Assembly (NCBI GenBank): GCA_002432195.1
Contig: DJGG01000132.1
Coordinates: 34,407 to 98,406, forward strand
Length of the DNA: 64,000 nucleotides
Reading direction: 5' to 3'
Source of the DNA: Desulfobacteraceae bacterium UBA5852
Lineage (GTDB): Bacteria > Desulfobacterota > Desulfobacteria > Desulfobacterales > UBA5852
The notes under the pieces were generated by a model. That model was not told the DNA's origin and did not search any database. It was given only the letters and a program-made list of their open reading frames with translations. Every line of letters begins with the position of its first letter. The stretch's first letter is position 1. Shown piece after piece: positions 40,972 through 49,179 of the stretch. Position numbers and translations under genes: made by a program.

Positions 40972-42300
40972 GTGATTATAGAATCTCAGATCTATGAGCC
41001 TCTGCTTAAAGCCTCCACGAACGGCAAGCTCTCTAATGAAAATTTCAGAGCCATCACTAAGTTGCTTGAGGGAGAGGTTCAAAGTGAAGTTCGCAACTGG
41101 AGACCTGAAACCAATCCGGATATGCGGAAACCTAATCCCGCCTTTCAGGTTTTGGACTTTTTCTGTGGCTGCGGCGGCATGTCCTTGGGATTCTCCGCGC
41201 TTTCGAGGATTGTTCCGTTGATTGAGGTGATCGGCGGTTGCGATATAAACAGCGATGCCCTCTCGACTTTTGAACGGAATTTCGCAGTTCCGGGAATTAA
41301 GATGGATGTCAGAGATTTGGTGGATGACGACAACGCCTTATCGCGATTCCTTGAATTGATGCCCCGTTACAACAAGAACAGACGATCAATTATAATTGGC
41401 TGCGCACCCTGCCAAGGTTTCACCTCTCATCGCAAGCGGCACTGGCACAAGGAAGATCACAGGAACACTTTAATCGGCGCATTTGCATCTATAGCAGTCA
41501 GATTAAATCCAGAATGCATAGTGATGGAGAACGTCCCCGAGATGCTCTCCAAGAAGTATTGGAATCATTTTACAGACGCGAACGCCATCTTTAACGAAGC
41601 TGGTTACGTTGTATCCCAAGCAATCTATAATGTCGCCTCGTTTGGTGTTCCGCAGGATCGGTACAGGGCTTTGGTCATTGCGATGAAAAAGCCTTTTATT
41701 TTGCCGCATCCGAGGATCGAAGACCCTGCCGAGTTCAATACCGTACGCGATGCAATCGGCGCCCTACCCCCGGTCTTACCTGGGCAAGCGCACCCGCAGG
41801 ATTCAATGCACAGGTCGGCCGGCCATAGAGAGTCAACGTTAGCGACAATTCGCGCTGTGCCAAAAAACGGGGGAAGCCGTCCAACCGGCGTCGGGCCGAA
41901 ATGTTTAGACCGTGTTCGTGGATTTTATGATGTGTATGGACGGTTAGGATGGGATCGCCCGGCGATTACAGTCACTCACTATGCGCGAAATCCCGCATCA
42001 GGCAGGTATGTGCATCCGGAACAGGACCGTGGTCTGACGATGAGAGAAGCTTCGCTCCTTCAAAGTTTTCCTGTGGGATTTGAATTCAGAGGCACATTTG
42101 ATTCCATCTTCAAGCAGATCGGCGAGGCCGTCCCGCCTTTGTTTGCGGCAGCCGTTGCGGCGCATTGCGTGATAGAACTGCTTTCGAAAAGCCCTGATTC
42201 TGCTGAGAAGGCACGAGCGGTCCCTCCGATTACTGAGCCTGTGAGCAGTTCCTTCTCCAGCGTGATCGCTGGAATAAAAATGGCGAGAAATAACAGATGA
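40972..42300 (+). CDS. DNA (cytosine-5) methyltransferase A
   Basis: 442 aa. Motif I DFFCGCGGMSLGF, motif IV GCAPCQGFT, motif VI MENVPEM, motif VIII QDRYRALV, motif X IGEAVPPLFA. GTG start 3 nt after the vsr stop, with AGAGGA upstream. Confidence 0.9.
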   Translation: MIIESQIYEPLLKASTNGKLSNENFRAITKLLEGEVQSEVRNWRPETNPDMRKPNPAFQVLDFFCGCGGMSLGFSALSRIVPLIEVIGGCDINSDALSTFERNFAVPGIKMDVRDLVDDDNALSRFLELMPRYNKNRRSIIIGCAPCQGFTSHRKRHWHKEDHRNTLIGAFASIAVRLNPECIVMENVPEMLSKKYWNHFTDANAIFNEAGYVVSQAIYNVASFGVPQDRYRALVIAMKKPFILPHPRIEDPAEFNTVRDAIGALPPVLPGQAHPQDSMHRSAGHRESTLATIRAVPKNGGSRPTGVGPKCLDRVRGFYDVYGRLGWDRPAITVTHYARNPASGRYVHPEQDRGLTMREASLLQSFPVGFEFRGTFDSIFKQIGEAVPPLFAAAVAAHCVIELLSKSPDSAEKARAVPPITEPVSSSFSSVIAGIKMARNNR

Positions 42301-43367
42301 AATTGACTTGCGTGGATGGTTTTTCGGGCGCAGGAGGACTGAGCCTGGGGCTTGCACGAGCCGGGTTCGATATTGTCCTTTCCTTTGATAATGACCCATT
42401 ATGCATTGAAACACAACGGCTCAATCCAAAATACTTTGGACATCAAGTGTTGTGTTCAGGGATTGAGGAAATGTTGGGCGGTCAGCTTTTGAGAATCGCA
42501 AGGCTACAACCGGGTGAGCTCGACCTCCTTGCGGGAGGCCCCCCATGCCAAGGATTTTCCGTACAACGGATCGGCCCGGATGAAGACAACAGGAACAATC
42601 TGGTTCTAAAGTATGTGCAACTTGTTGAAGAGGTCCGGCCCAAATACTTTTTGATGGAGAATGTAAAGGGCCTCGCGGGAAAGCGAGGTGGAGAATACCT
42701 CTTTCGCGTTATGCGACGAGCAGAAAAATGCGGGTATCACGTCCATTTCAGGGTTTTGGATGCTCAAGACTTTGCGGTGCCGCAGCGCAGGCAGCGCGTT
42801 ATGGTTGTTGGAGAGCGTTTGATAAACGGCGGATCTCCCAAGTTCGTCTTCCCCAAAGCTATGACCCCTCAAGGGAAGCGGGTTACAGTCCGAATGGCTA
42901 TTGGTAAACTTCCAGTACCGCCACAGAGTGGTGCCGAACATCCGGATTACACCCACCATAGAAGGGATCGCCTCTCAGACCTCAACAAGAAAAGACTGGC
43001 GGCGCTGAAGGCAGGCCAGGGGCGCGAACACCTTCCCCCCGAATTGCTGGCTGAATGCCATCACGTAAGCCCAGAAATCATCGGCCACCGTAATGTATAT
43101 GGGCGAATGCGCTGGGATGACGTCGCTCCAACAATTACCGCAAGATTCGACAGTTTTACCCGAGGCCTGTTTGGGCACCCGTCCCAGCTTCGCTCTATTT
43201 CCTTGCGTGAGGGGGCTGAATTGCAAACATTTCCCTCAGACATGGTCTTCGCTGGAAACAAGGTGGATATTGCCCGGCAGATTGGAAATGCCGTTCCGGT
43301 CCGTCTCGCGGAGGCAATCGGAAAGTCTATAGCGGCTTGCCTCGATGATAGAGGGGAAAGGAGCTAA
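42297..43367 (+). CDS. DNA (cytosine-5) methyltransferase B
   Basis: 356 aa. Motif I DGFSGAGGLSLGL, motif IV GGPPCQGFS, motif VI MENVKGL, motif VIII QRRQRVMVVG, motif X IGNAVPVRLA. ATGA overlap with methyltransferase A. Confidence 0.9.
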   Translation: MKLTCVDGFSGAGGLSLGLARAGFDIVLSFDNDPLCIETQRLNPKYFGHQVLCSGIEEMLGGQLLRIARLQPGELDLLAGGPPCQGFSVQRIGPDEDNRNNLVLKYVQLVEEVRPKYFLMENVKGLAGKRGGEYLFRVMRRAEKCGYHVHFRVLDAQDFAVPQRRQRVMVVGERLINGGSPKFVFPKAMTPQGKRVTVRMAIGKLPVPPQSGAEHPDYTHHRRDRLSDLNKKRLAALKAGQGREHLPPELLAECHHVSPEIIGHRNVYGRMRWDDVAPTITARFDSFTRGLFGHPSQLRSISLREGAELQTFPSDMVFAGNKVDIARQIGNAVPVRLAEAIGKSIAACLDDRGERS

Positions 43368-46300
43368 ATGAGTTTTGAAAGTTTGGTCCGCGATTACTTG
43401 ACATCAATGCATGAATATATTGATGCGGCGGCCGCTACCAGAGAAGTGACGCCCGAACTTTCCTACCGCCCTGTTCTTGACACGTTTCTGCGCAAAATAT
43501 CACGGCTCTATTGTCCCGATGCGGACATCATTTTCGAACCCAAGCTGCAAGGCCATGCCGGGCGACCCGATTGGCGAATATACAACAATGCCGATTTTGG
43601 CCTGTATGGATTCGTGGAGGCCAAAGGGCTTGACCCTCGGAATCCGATTAATATAGAGCCGCATAGAGAGCAGATATCTAGGTATCTTGGAACTGGCCAG
43701 CGGGTAATTCTGACGGACGGAATAGAGTTCATTTTCTTCGAACCTGGGCGAATTGATACTGCACAGCGTCACTGCATAGTCCCAAAACCAATTCGACATC
43801 GTTTATCCAGAACAATTCCAATAGATTTTCTAATAGACAACCTTCTTAGAGATTTTTTTCGCGAGACCGGCTTTCGGCAATGCTCAGAGGAGCAATTAAT
43901 TAGAGAAATTGCGAAACGAGCTTCCGCGCTCGCGGAATGTGTTCTTATCCTCTCACAGGCCCCACCTGATTCGGGGGTATCGGAGGATGAGAACCGGACT
44001 ATTCGCATCCTGCATGATTTGCATGGAGCGTTGCGTTTGCAGCATGACCCTGTCCTCCGGCAGCCCAAAATTTTCGCCGATTTTGTGGCGCAGGTTCTAT
44101 GTTTTGGTTTGTTGTACGCCCACCGTGTCGTTGCAGGAGAAGCCGGGGAACCACCATCACGCTATGAGGCAATACGTCGGTTTTGGACAGACGCGGTTTT
44201 CGCCAGTTACGCTGATCGCCTTGTACCGTTTAAAGCGTTGGTCGGGATGCTTGAATCTGAGTTATCGCCCGAAGGGGAATCCGCAAGCCAACTCCGATGC
44301 TGGTATGACGATGCTCGTAGGTTGCTGGCTCATATTCAGTTGCGTTTAGCTCAGCGTAGCGCCCCCGACTATCATACGCTTTACGAACAATTTCTTGCCG
44401 AGTTTGATCCAAAGACAAGGTTTGATTTTGGGGCTTTCTACACGCCACCCGAGTTGGCAGGCTTTACCGTGGGGGCAGCAAAATCGGTAGCTGAGTCAAC
44501 CTTCGGAGGACGATGTCTTTTTGAGGAAGGAAATAAAATTATCGACCCATGTTGCGGAACGGGCACATTTTTGGAGCAGTTGGTCCGGCATTCGTCAGGC
44601 GGAAATGCGGCGCACTTGGTTGGTTTCGAGATTCTGCCCGCCCCATACGCATTAGCCCACTATAGGATTGCAATGCTCCGAATTGAGAGCGTACCGGAGC
44701 ATGATATCGATATATTTCTGACAAATTCCTTGAGTGACGAATTGATCGATGGCGATGACGATCATCCTGCAAGCGTTCTAAGGGAGGAGTTGCGCCGTGC
44801 TAAAAATTGCGCTCAGCCGCCGATCGTACTCGTTATTGGGAATCCTCCGTCGTCCGATAGTTTCGGTCCGCACAGCACAGGCGAGAACTTCACCGTGATC
44901 GAGCGGTTGCTTGAGGATTTTCGGCCGCCGGAGGGAGAGCGCCGTTCAAGACAAAACATACAGAAGCAGATTGGCAATGATTTCATGAAATTTCTGCGTT
45001 GGGCGGCCGACAAGGTACTTGAGAGTGATATGGGCATTTTGGCGCTTATACTCCCATCCACCTTTGCAGCTCACCCCACTTATCGCTACGCTCGAGAGTG
45101 GTTGATAGGGCACTTCTCGCATTTTTGGGCGATGGATATAGACCGGGATCTGCGGACAGGTGTCCGTTCCTCAAGCCTTTTTAACTCTCGGCAGGGGCGC
45201 ATGCTTCTAATCGCTACACACACGGGGTCGGTTCCCGACACGCTCGCCGAACGACTTCATTACATTGCCATAACCGACAAGACTCGCACACAGAAGAAAT
45301 CTTTCCTGGATGAATCACGGTCCTCCGGCGACTATATTGCTCTATTCTCACAGTACGATCTAAATCGGGAAACAAAAGCTTTTCGGTTTGGAGAGCAGAG
45401 CTATGACAGGGATCTGTATTCTCGGTTCTGGGCGATTCACTCGACAGGTCCCGGAGTCCCTGCAGAAGGCGAGCGATGCATATTCGAACGACATTGCTCC
45501 GGGATAAAACTTGCTCCGGTTGCGCTATTCGTGCATCCAAGCAGACCGCTCCTTCAACGAAGGAGCCAGGAGGTCGGCAATCTCGCCACGCCATATGCCA
45601 ATCTGATAGAGCGCTGGTTTTCCGGCCAAAAGAAACCGCCCGGGGAAAACAAACTAACCCAAGAGGTGAGACAACGTTTAGGGGCCGCATCTATTGCCGA
45701 GACCTCCTATCGGAAGTATTCTTTTCGACCTTTTGTTCCAATGCATCTTCTTTTTGAAGACTCACTCCTGCGCGTTCTTAGCGGGCTTGGAGGCGGAGGT
45801 ACTCGCCTCCGGCCGGAAGTGGTTTCCGCATATTCGAGCCTCGGGACGGTAGGCATTGCCATCGCGCCATCTCCTATCGACATAGGTGATGACATTCACC
45901 GCTTTGCGACGTTCTGCTGGGACATGCCAGACAATGATCTTTGCGCTAGAGGCAATGCGCATGTGTTCTGTAATCAGTTCCCCGAAAACAAGCCTCCAGG
46001 TGGAAGAGCATGGGATCCGACTCCGAAAACAAATATCTCTGAGTGCCTGCTCGCGGCGGTGAGGGCAGTTCGTCCCGAAACCACGGCTCGTGACATTGTT
46101 TTTTATAGCTATGCAGTTCTTTGCTCAGGAACACTTCTGGAAGCATTTGCTGAGGCCTACTACACGGCTTCCGATAGGGAGAATATTCCGAGGATTCCAA
46201 TTGTTAGTGATCCGGATATTATTGCGGCGCTGATAGGTAAGGGGCAGAGAATAGCTGAGTTGGAAAACCCTGAAACAGAGGTTCAACTACAGGCTTGGGC

Positions 46301-46643
46301 AGTTCGGCTTGAAAGTGCGTATTCTAGAGAATTCAAGCTGGTCAAGTTCTCTGTAGACGATGAGAGGCACGAGATCCGGCTTTTCTCGGATATACAACGT
46401 GAACCTGAAATCACACTCGAGGGAATTCCTGAAGAACTTTTGCAAATTACCATATCGGGGTATGAAGTCATAAATTGTTGGCTTAAATTTCATACCTACG
46501 CCTATACAAGGACTGCTTTCACGAGTGCGGAATTTTGCGAATTGTTGAGGCTCCTGTCCGTTCTGATGTCACAAATTGACGTAATTAGCGATGTCGATGC
46601 CGTGATTGAAAAAGTAATCTCAAGAGAGGTGGAGCTCTTATAA
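43368..46643 (+). CDS. Type IIG/ISP-lineage fusion: PD-ExK nuclease, gamma-class N6-methylase-like domain (motif IV = NPPS) and C-terminal specificity region
   Basis: 1,091 aa. N-terminal IIFEPK...GRPDWRIY...GFVEAKGL (PD...ExK). AFYTPPELAGF, motif I IIDPCCGTGTFL, motif IV VIGNPPSSD (44841-44852). C-region YRKYSFRPFVP resembles the YRPF motif of type ISP specificity domains. ATG abuts the upstream TAA. Confidence 0.8.
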   Translation: MSFESLVRDYLTSMHEYIDAAAATREVTPELSYRPVLDTFLRKISRLYCPDADIIFEPKLQGHAGRPDWRIYNNADFGLYGFVEAKGLDPRNPINIEPHREQISRYLGTGQRVILTDGIEFIFFEPGRIDTAQRHCIVPKPIRHRLSRTIPIDFLIDNLLRDFFRETGFRQCSEEQLIREIAKRASALAECVLILSQAPPDSGVSEDENRTIRILHDLHGALRLQHDPVLRQPKIFADFVAQVLCFGLLYAHRVVAGEAGEPPSRYEAIRRFWTDAVFASYADRLVPFKALVGMLESELSPEGESASQLRCWYDDARRLLAHIQLRLAQRSAPDYHTLYEQFLAEFDPKTRFDFGAFYTPPELAGFTVGAAKSVAESTFGGRCLFEEGNKIIDPCCGTGTFLEQLVRHSSGGNAAHLVGFEILPAPYALAHYRIAMLRIESVPEHDIDIFLTNSLSDELIDGDDDHPASVLREELRRAKNCAQPPIVLVIGNPPSSDSFGPHSTGENFTVIERLLEDFRPPEGERRSRQNIQKQIGNDFMKFLRWAADKVLESDMGILALILPSTFAAHPTYRYAREWLIGHFSHFWAMDIDRDLRTGVRSSSLFNSRQGRMLLIATHTGSVPDTLAERLHYIAITDKTRTQKKSFLDESRSSGDYIALFSQYDLNRETKAFRFGEQSYDRDLYSRFWAIHSTGPGVPAEGERCIFERHCSGIKLAPVALFVHPSRPLLQRRSQEVGNLATPYANLIERWFSGQKKPPGENKLTQEVRQRLGAASIAETSYRKYSFRPFVPMHLLFEDSLLRVLSGLGGGGTRLRPEVVSAYSSLGTVGIAIAPSPIDIGDDIHRFATFCWDMPDNDLCARGNAHVFCNQFPENKPPGGRAWDPTPKTNISECLLAAVRAVRPETTARDIVFYSYAVLCSGTLLEAFAEAYYTASDRENIPRIPIVSDPDIIAALIGKGQRIAELENPETEVQLQAWAVRLESAYSREFKLVKFSVDDERHEIRLFSDIQREPEITLEGIPEELLQITISGYEVINCWLKFHTYAYTRTAFTSAEFCELLRLLSVLMSQIDVISDVDAVIEKVISREVELL

Positions 46644-46644
46644 G

Positions 46645-46765
46645 GGGCCAAGGGGGACCTTCAAAAACTCAATAACTATTTGCATCCTGTTCTGACGCAA
46701 CCTTGACCGGTCCTTTTTGCCACGCAACCTCAAGGAATCCCCATGGCCTTCACGAAATCAAGCCT
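46645..46765 (+). repeat. Copy B of the duplicated leader (functional IHF/HU gene leader and first codons)
   Basis: Partner of 1728-1850. Same order of conserved blocks, ending in the RBS CTCAAGGA and ATG 46743, which here opens the intact 98-aa IHF/HU gene. Confidence 0.6.
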
Positions 46766-47039
46766 CATCGAAGCTGTAATGGCCCCAACCGGGCTCACCA
46801 AGAAGAGGTCCACTGAGATAGTTGAAACCCTCCTGGAGCTGATGAAGCGCTCCCTGGAAGCCGGGGATGTCATCCTGGTCAGCGGCTTCGGAAGGTTCAG
46901 CGTGCGGGCCAAGCATGAGCGCCGCGGCCGCAACCCGGCAACCGGCCAGGACTTGATGCTGCCGCCCCGGAAGGTGGTCTCCTTCAAGTGTTCGGGCAAG
47001 CTCCGGATGCTCCTCAACGGAAGGCAATCGGCGCAATGA
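46743..47039 (+). CDS. IHF/HU-family DNA-bending protein
   Basis: 98 aa. LVSGFGRFSVRAKHERRGRNPATGQDLMLPPRKVVSFKCSGKL is the canonical HU/IHF beta-arm signature. Confidence 0.9.
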   Translation: MAFTKSSLIEAVMAPTGLTKKRSTEIVETLLELMKRSLEAGDVILVSGFGRFSVRAKHERRGRNPATGQDLMLPPRKVVSFKCSGKLRMLLNGRQSAQ

Positions 47040-47333
47040 TCCTCAAAATCCTCGACAACCGCATCCTCTACTTCAATCCAGGCCGGAGCCTCGATTTCGG
47101 GAGGCTCAACCGCGCTCACTGTCTGGTTCAACCCACTATGGAAATCCCTGATAGATGGCTTCGGCAACCACGGGCCAGGCAGCAGGCGTCATGCAGGGCT
47201 CAGCCTCCGATGTGATGCCCTGCTCCCGGGACTGCCATGGGCGGAGCGATGCCAAGCCCTTGAGGAGGCGGCAGAGCAAATCATCTGGGATGACTTGGAT
47301 TATCTTCCCAACAATCCTCCTCCAGGCGATGGT

Positions 47334-47954
47334 TTAATGATAGGTTGAGGGGGATTTTCCACCACCATCTAAGTAGTCTTGCACATAAGTCGGGAATCTA
47401 CTTTTTAACATTTCTCTTACTGTTGTGCGGGGCAACCCCGTCTTCTCCGTGATGGCACTGAAGGTCATGGTTTCCGCCAGCCGCTTGACCTCATCGGCCT
47501 TCCGCAGCCACTCCCGAGCGTCCCGTGGCCTTTTCGACTTGGGGGCGTCCTCGATTTCCAGGGCCTCCCCTCGTACGTACCGCAGCAGCAGGCGCTTCGC
47601 CTGATCCGCCCCCCAGCAGCAGACCGCCAAATAGCCCTGGTCCCCCAGGCATCGGAGGAAACAGCGTTGGTCCTTGGTGGGACCGTTGCCCCCCTCCCGC
47701 TTCATCTCGATGTAAAGCCCATGGTAGCCCAGCCGTGGCACCGGAAGGCATAAGTCAGGCACCCCGGCGCGCAGGCCTTCGGCTTTCATCCAGCTGGCCA
47801 GGGCAGGCCCCCGGCGGGCCGCATTCGGAATGGCGTAGAGCAGCCCCAGCTCGGGGTACTGCCGGGCCATGAGACCCGCGAAGTTGACGACCGCAACTTG
47901 TTCCCGGTGTTCGAGGTGGGCCCGGGGTGCCCTGGCAATGCTGTTATTGTTCAC
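47334..47954 (-). CDS. VRR-NUC nuclease with C-terminal HTH-like tail
   Basis: 206 aa. EQVAVVNF...GVPDLCLPVP...GLYIEMKREGGNGPTKDQRCFL is the PD-(D/E)xK pattern of VRR-NUC. C-terminal ITEKTGLPRTTVREMLK. Confidence 0.8.
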   Translation of the reverse strand: MNNNSIARAPRAHLEHREQVAVVNFAGLMARQYPELGLLYAIPNAARRGPALASWMKAEGLRAGVPDLCLPVPRLGYHGLYIEMKREGGNGPTKDQRCFLRCLGDQGYLAVCCWGADQAKRLLLRYVRGEALEIEDAPKSKRPRDAREWLRKADEVKRLAETMTFSAITEKTGLPRTTVREMLKSRFPTYVQDYLDGGGKSPSTYH

Positions 47955-47972
47955 TGCGAAGCCCTCCCCTGC

Positions 47973-48443
47973 TCAGAATGGGATATCATCCTCCATGCTT
48001 TCATAGACTGGGGGCACCGGCCCAACAGCACCACGACCCTGCCCGTGCGCCTCGTAGGGGTCCTCGTAATCCCCCCCGGCCTCCCGCTGCCGCCGGCCAC
48101 CCCCGCCGCTGCCGCCGTTCCCGCCGCCCAGCATGACCATGTTTTGGCCGATGATGTCGGTGGTGTAGACGGTCTGGCCGTCTTTCTCGTAGCTGCCGTA
48201 CTGGATCCGTCCTTCGAGGTAGATCTGCTTGCCCTTGGTCAGGTACTCCCCGCAGATCTCGGCGAGCTTCCCGAAGAAGGTCACCCGATGCCACTGAACG
48301 TCGTCAACCCAATCGTCCCCCTTCTTGCGCTTCTCGTTCGTGGCCAGGCTGAACTTCGCCACGGCCAGCCCCGCCTGGGTGTAGCGAACCTCTGGGTCCT
48401 TCCCCAGGTTGCCAATCAGAATCACCAAATTTTTGCCCGCCAT
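47973..48443 (-). CDS. ssb: Single-stranded DNA-binding protein
   Basis: 156 aa. OB-fold N-terminus NLVILIGNLGKDPEVRYTQAG, a Gly-rich linker and the acidic tip MEDDIPF. Confidence 0.95.
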   Translation of the reverse strand: MAGKNLVILIGNLGKDPEVRYTQAGLAVAKFSLATNEKRKKGDDWVDDVQWHRVTFFGKLAEICGEYLTKGKQIYLEGRIQYGSYEKDGQTVYTTDIIGQNMVMLGGGNGGSGGGGRRQREAGGDYEDPYEAHGQGRGAVGPVPPVYESMEDDIPF

Positions 48444-48449
48444 GGTTCC

Positions 48450-48605
48450 CTACTCCCTTCCCCGCTTGCGTTGCCTGGCCTGGAAGATGGCGTCCACGAC
48501 GGCGCCCCCCAGGAACAGCCCCATGACCACCACAAGGACCCAAAGCAGCAGGAAGAGCTCGACGCTGCAGTCCGACGCAACCAGGGTCCTGGTGATCTCG
48601 TCCAT
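48450..48605 (-). CDS. Small membrane protein
   Basis: Internal ATG 48605 (MDEITR) overlaps the upstream stop by one base. 51 aa with helix VELFLLLWVLVVVMGLFLGGAVV. Confidence 0.4.
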   Translation of the reverse strand: MDEITRTLVASDCSVELFLLLWVLVVVMGLFLGGAVVDAIFQARQRKRGRE

Positions 48606-48832
48606 CAAATCAGCCCCTTCTCCTTCGCCAACCACACGGGCACGAAAACCTGGAAGTCCCGGCCCTTGATGTTCTTGGCCTCGATTTGGCTCTTCGGCAG
48701 CCAAAATCGGTTCTCACCGTCGGTGAACCAAACAGCCAACGGGGATTCCCCGATGGCCTCCAGGTAGAACTCCATCACGTCGGCCCGCATGGCCCGCGCG
48801 TGCCGAGCGCGTTGCTCACTACGGTTGCTCAC
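48605..48832 (-). CDS. Hypothetical protein
   Basis: 75 aa, normal composition (FYLEAIGESPLAVWFTDGENRFWLPKSQIE). No motif recognised. Confidence 0.5.
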   Translation of the reverse strand: MSNRSEQRARHARAMRADVMEFYLEAIGESPLAVWFTDGENRFWLPKSQIEAKNIKGRDFQVFVPVWLAKEKGLI

Positions 48833-49179
48833 TTCGTCACCGCCTTTCGCTTGGCCAGGGCGTTCCGCACCCTCCGGATGCCTTCCAGGTTGGCCCGCCG
48901 CTGATCCTCGGGAATTTCCGTCGGCGCCGGCAACCGCCGGATTCGAGCCCGCCGGCGGGCGGCGATGTCTTTCGCCCTGGCCAGGATCTCGCTCGGCCGC
49001 GGCATGAAGGGGGATTCACGGCGGTGGACCCTGAAAGCCTCAGCCACGTCCTCGGCCCGCTGGCCGTTAAGGGCCTCCAGAAAAATCGCCACCAGGGCCA
49101 CAAGCTCCGCTGCCGGGTGTCTGGCGCCGCTCGATAGCGAGGTTTTGGCAATCTCCGTCTCCAGAACCGATTTCAGCAT
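48829..49179 (-). CDS. Hypothetical replication-module protein
   Basis: 116 aa. Overlaps the 3' end of the replication gene ORF in another frame. No motif recognised. Confidence 0.5.
   Translation of the reverse strand: MLKSVLETEIAKTSLSSGARHPAAELVALVAIFLEALNGQRAEDVAEAFRVHRRESPFMPRPSEILARAKDIAARRRARIRRLPAPTEIPEDQRRANLEGIRRVRNALAKRKAVTK

Noticed and set aside
46730-47167. 145-aa minus-strand ORF and 92-aa ORF overlapping the IHF/HU gene.
   Set aside because: They are antisense to an ORF carrying the unmistakable HU/IHF beta-arm signature.
47036-47348. Possible coding between the IHF gene and the VRR-NUC gene. A 59-codon ORF starts at an ATGA overlap with the IHF stop (MILKILDNRILYFNPGRSLDFGRL...). 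A different frame ends ...PWAERCQALEEAAEQIIWDDLDYLPNNPPPGDGLMIG.
   Set aside because: The coding-like signal switches frame mid-region, and neither frame has both a credible start and a full-length product. It may be a frameshifted remnant gene. This is not supportable as a feature without homology data.
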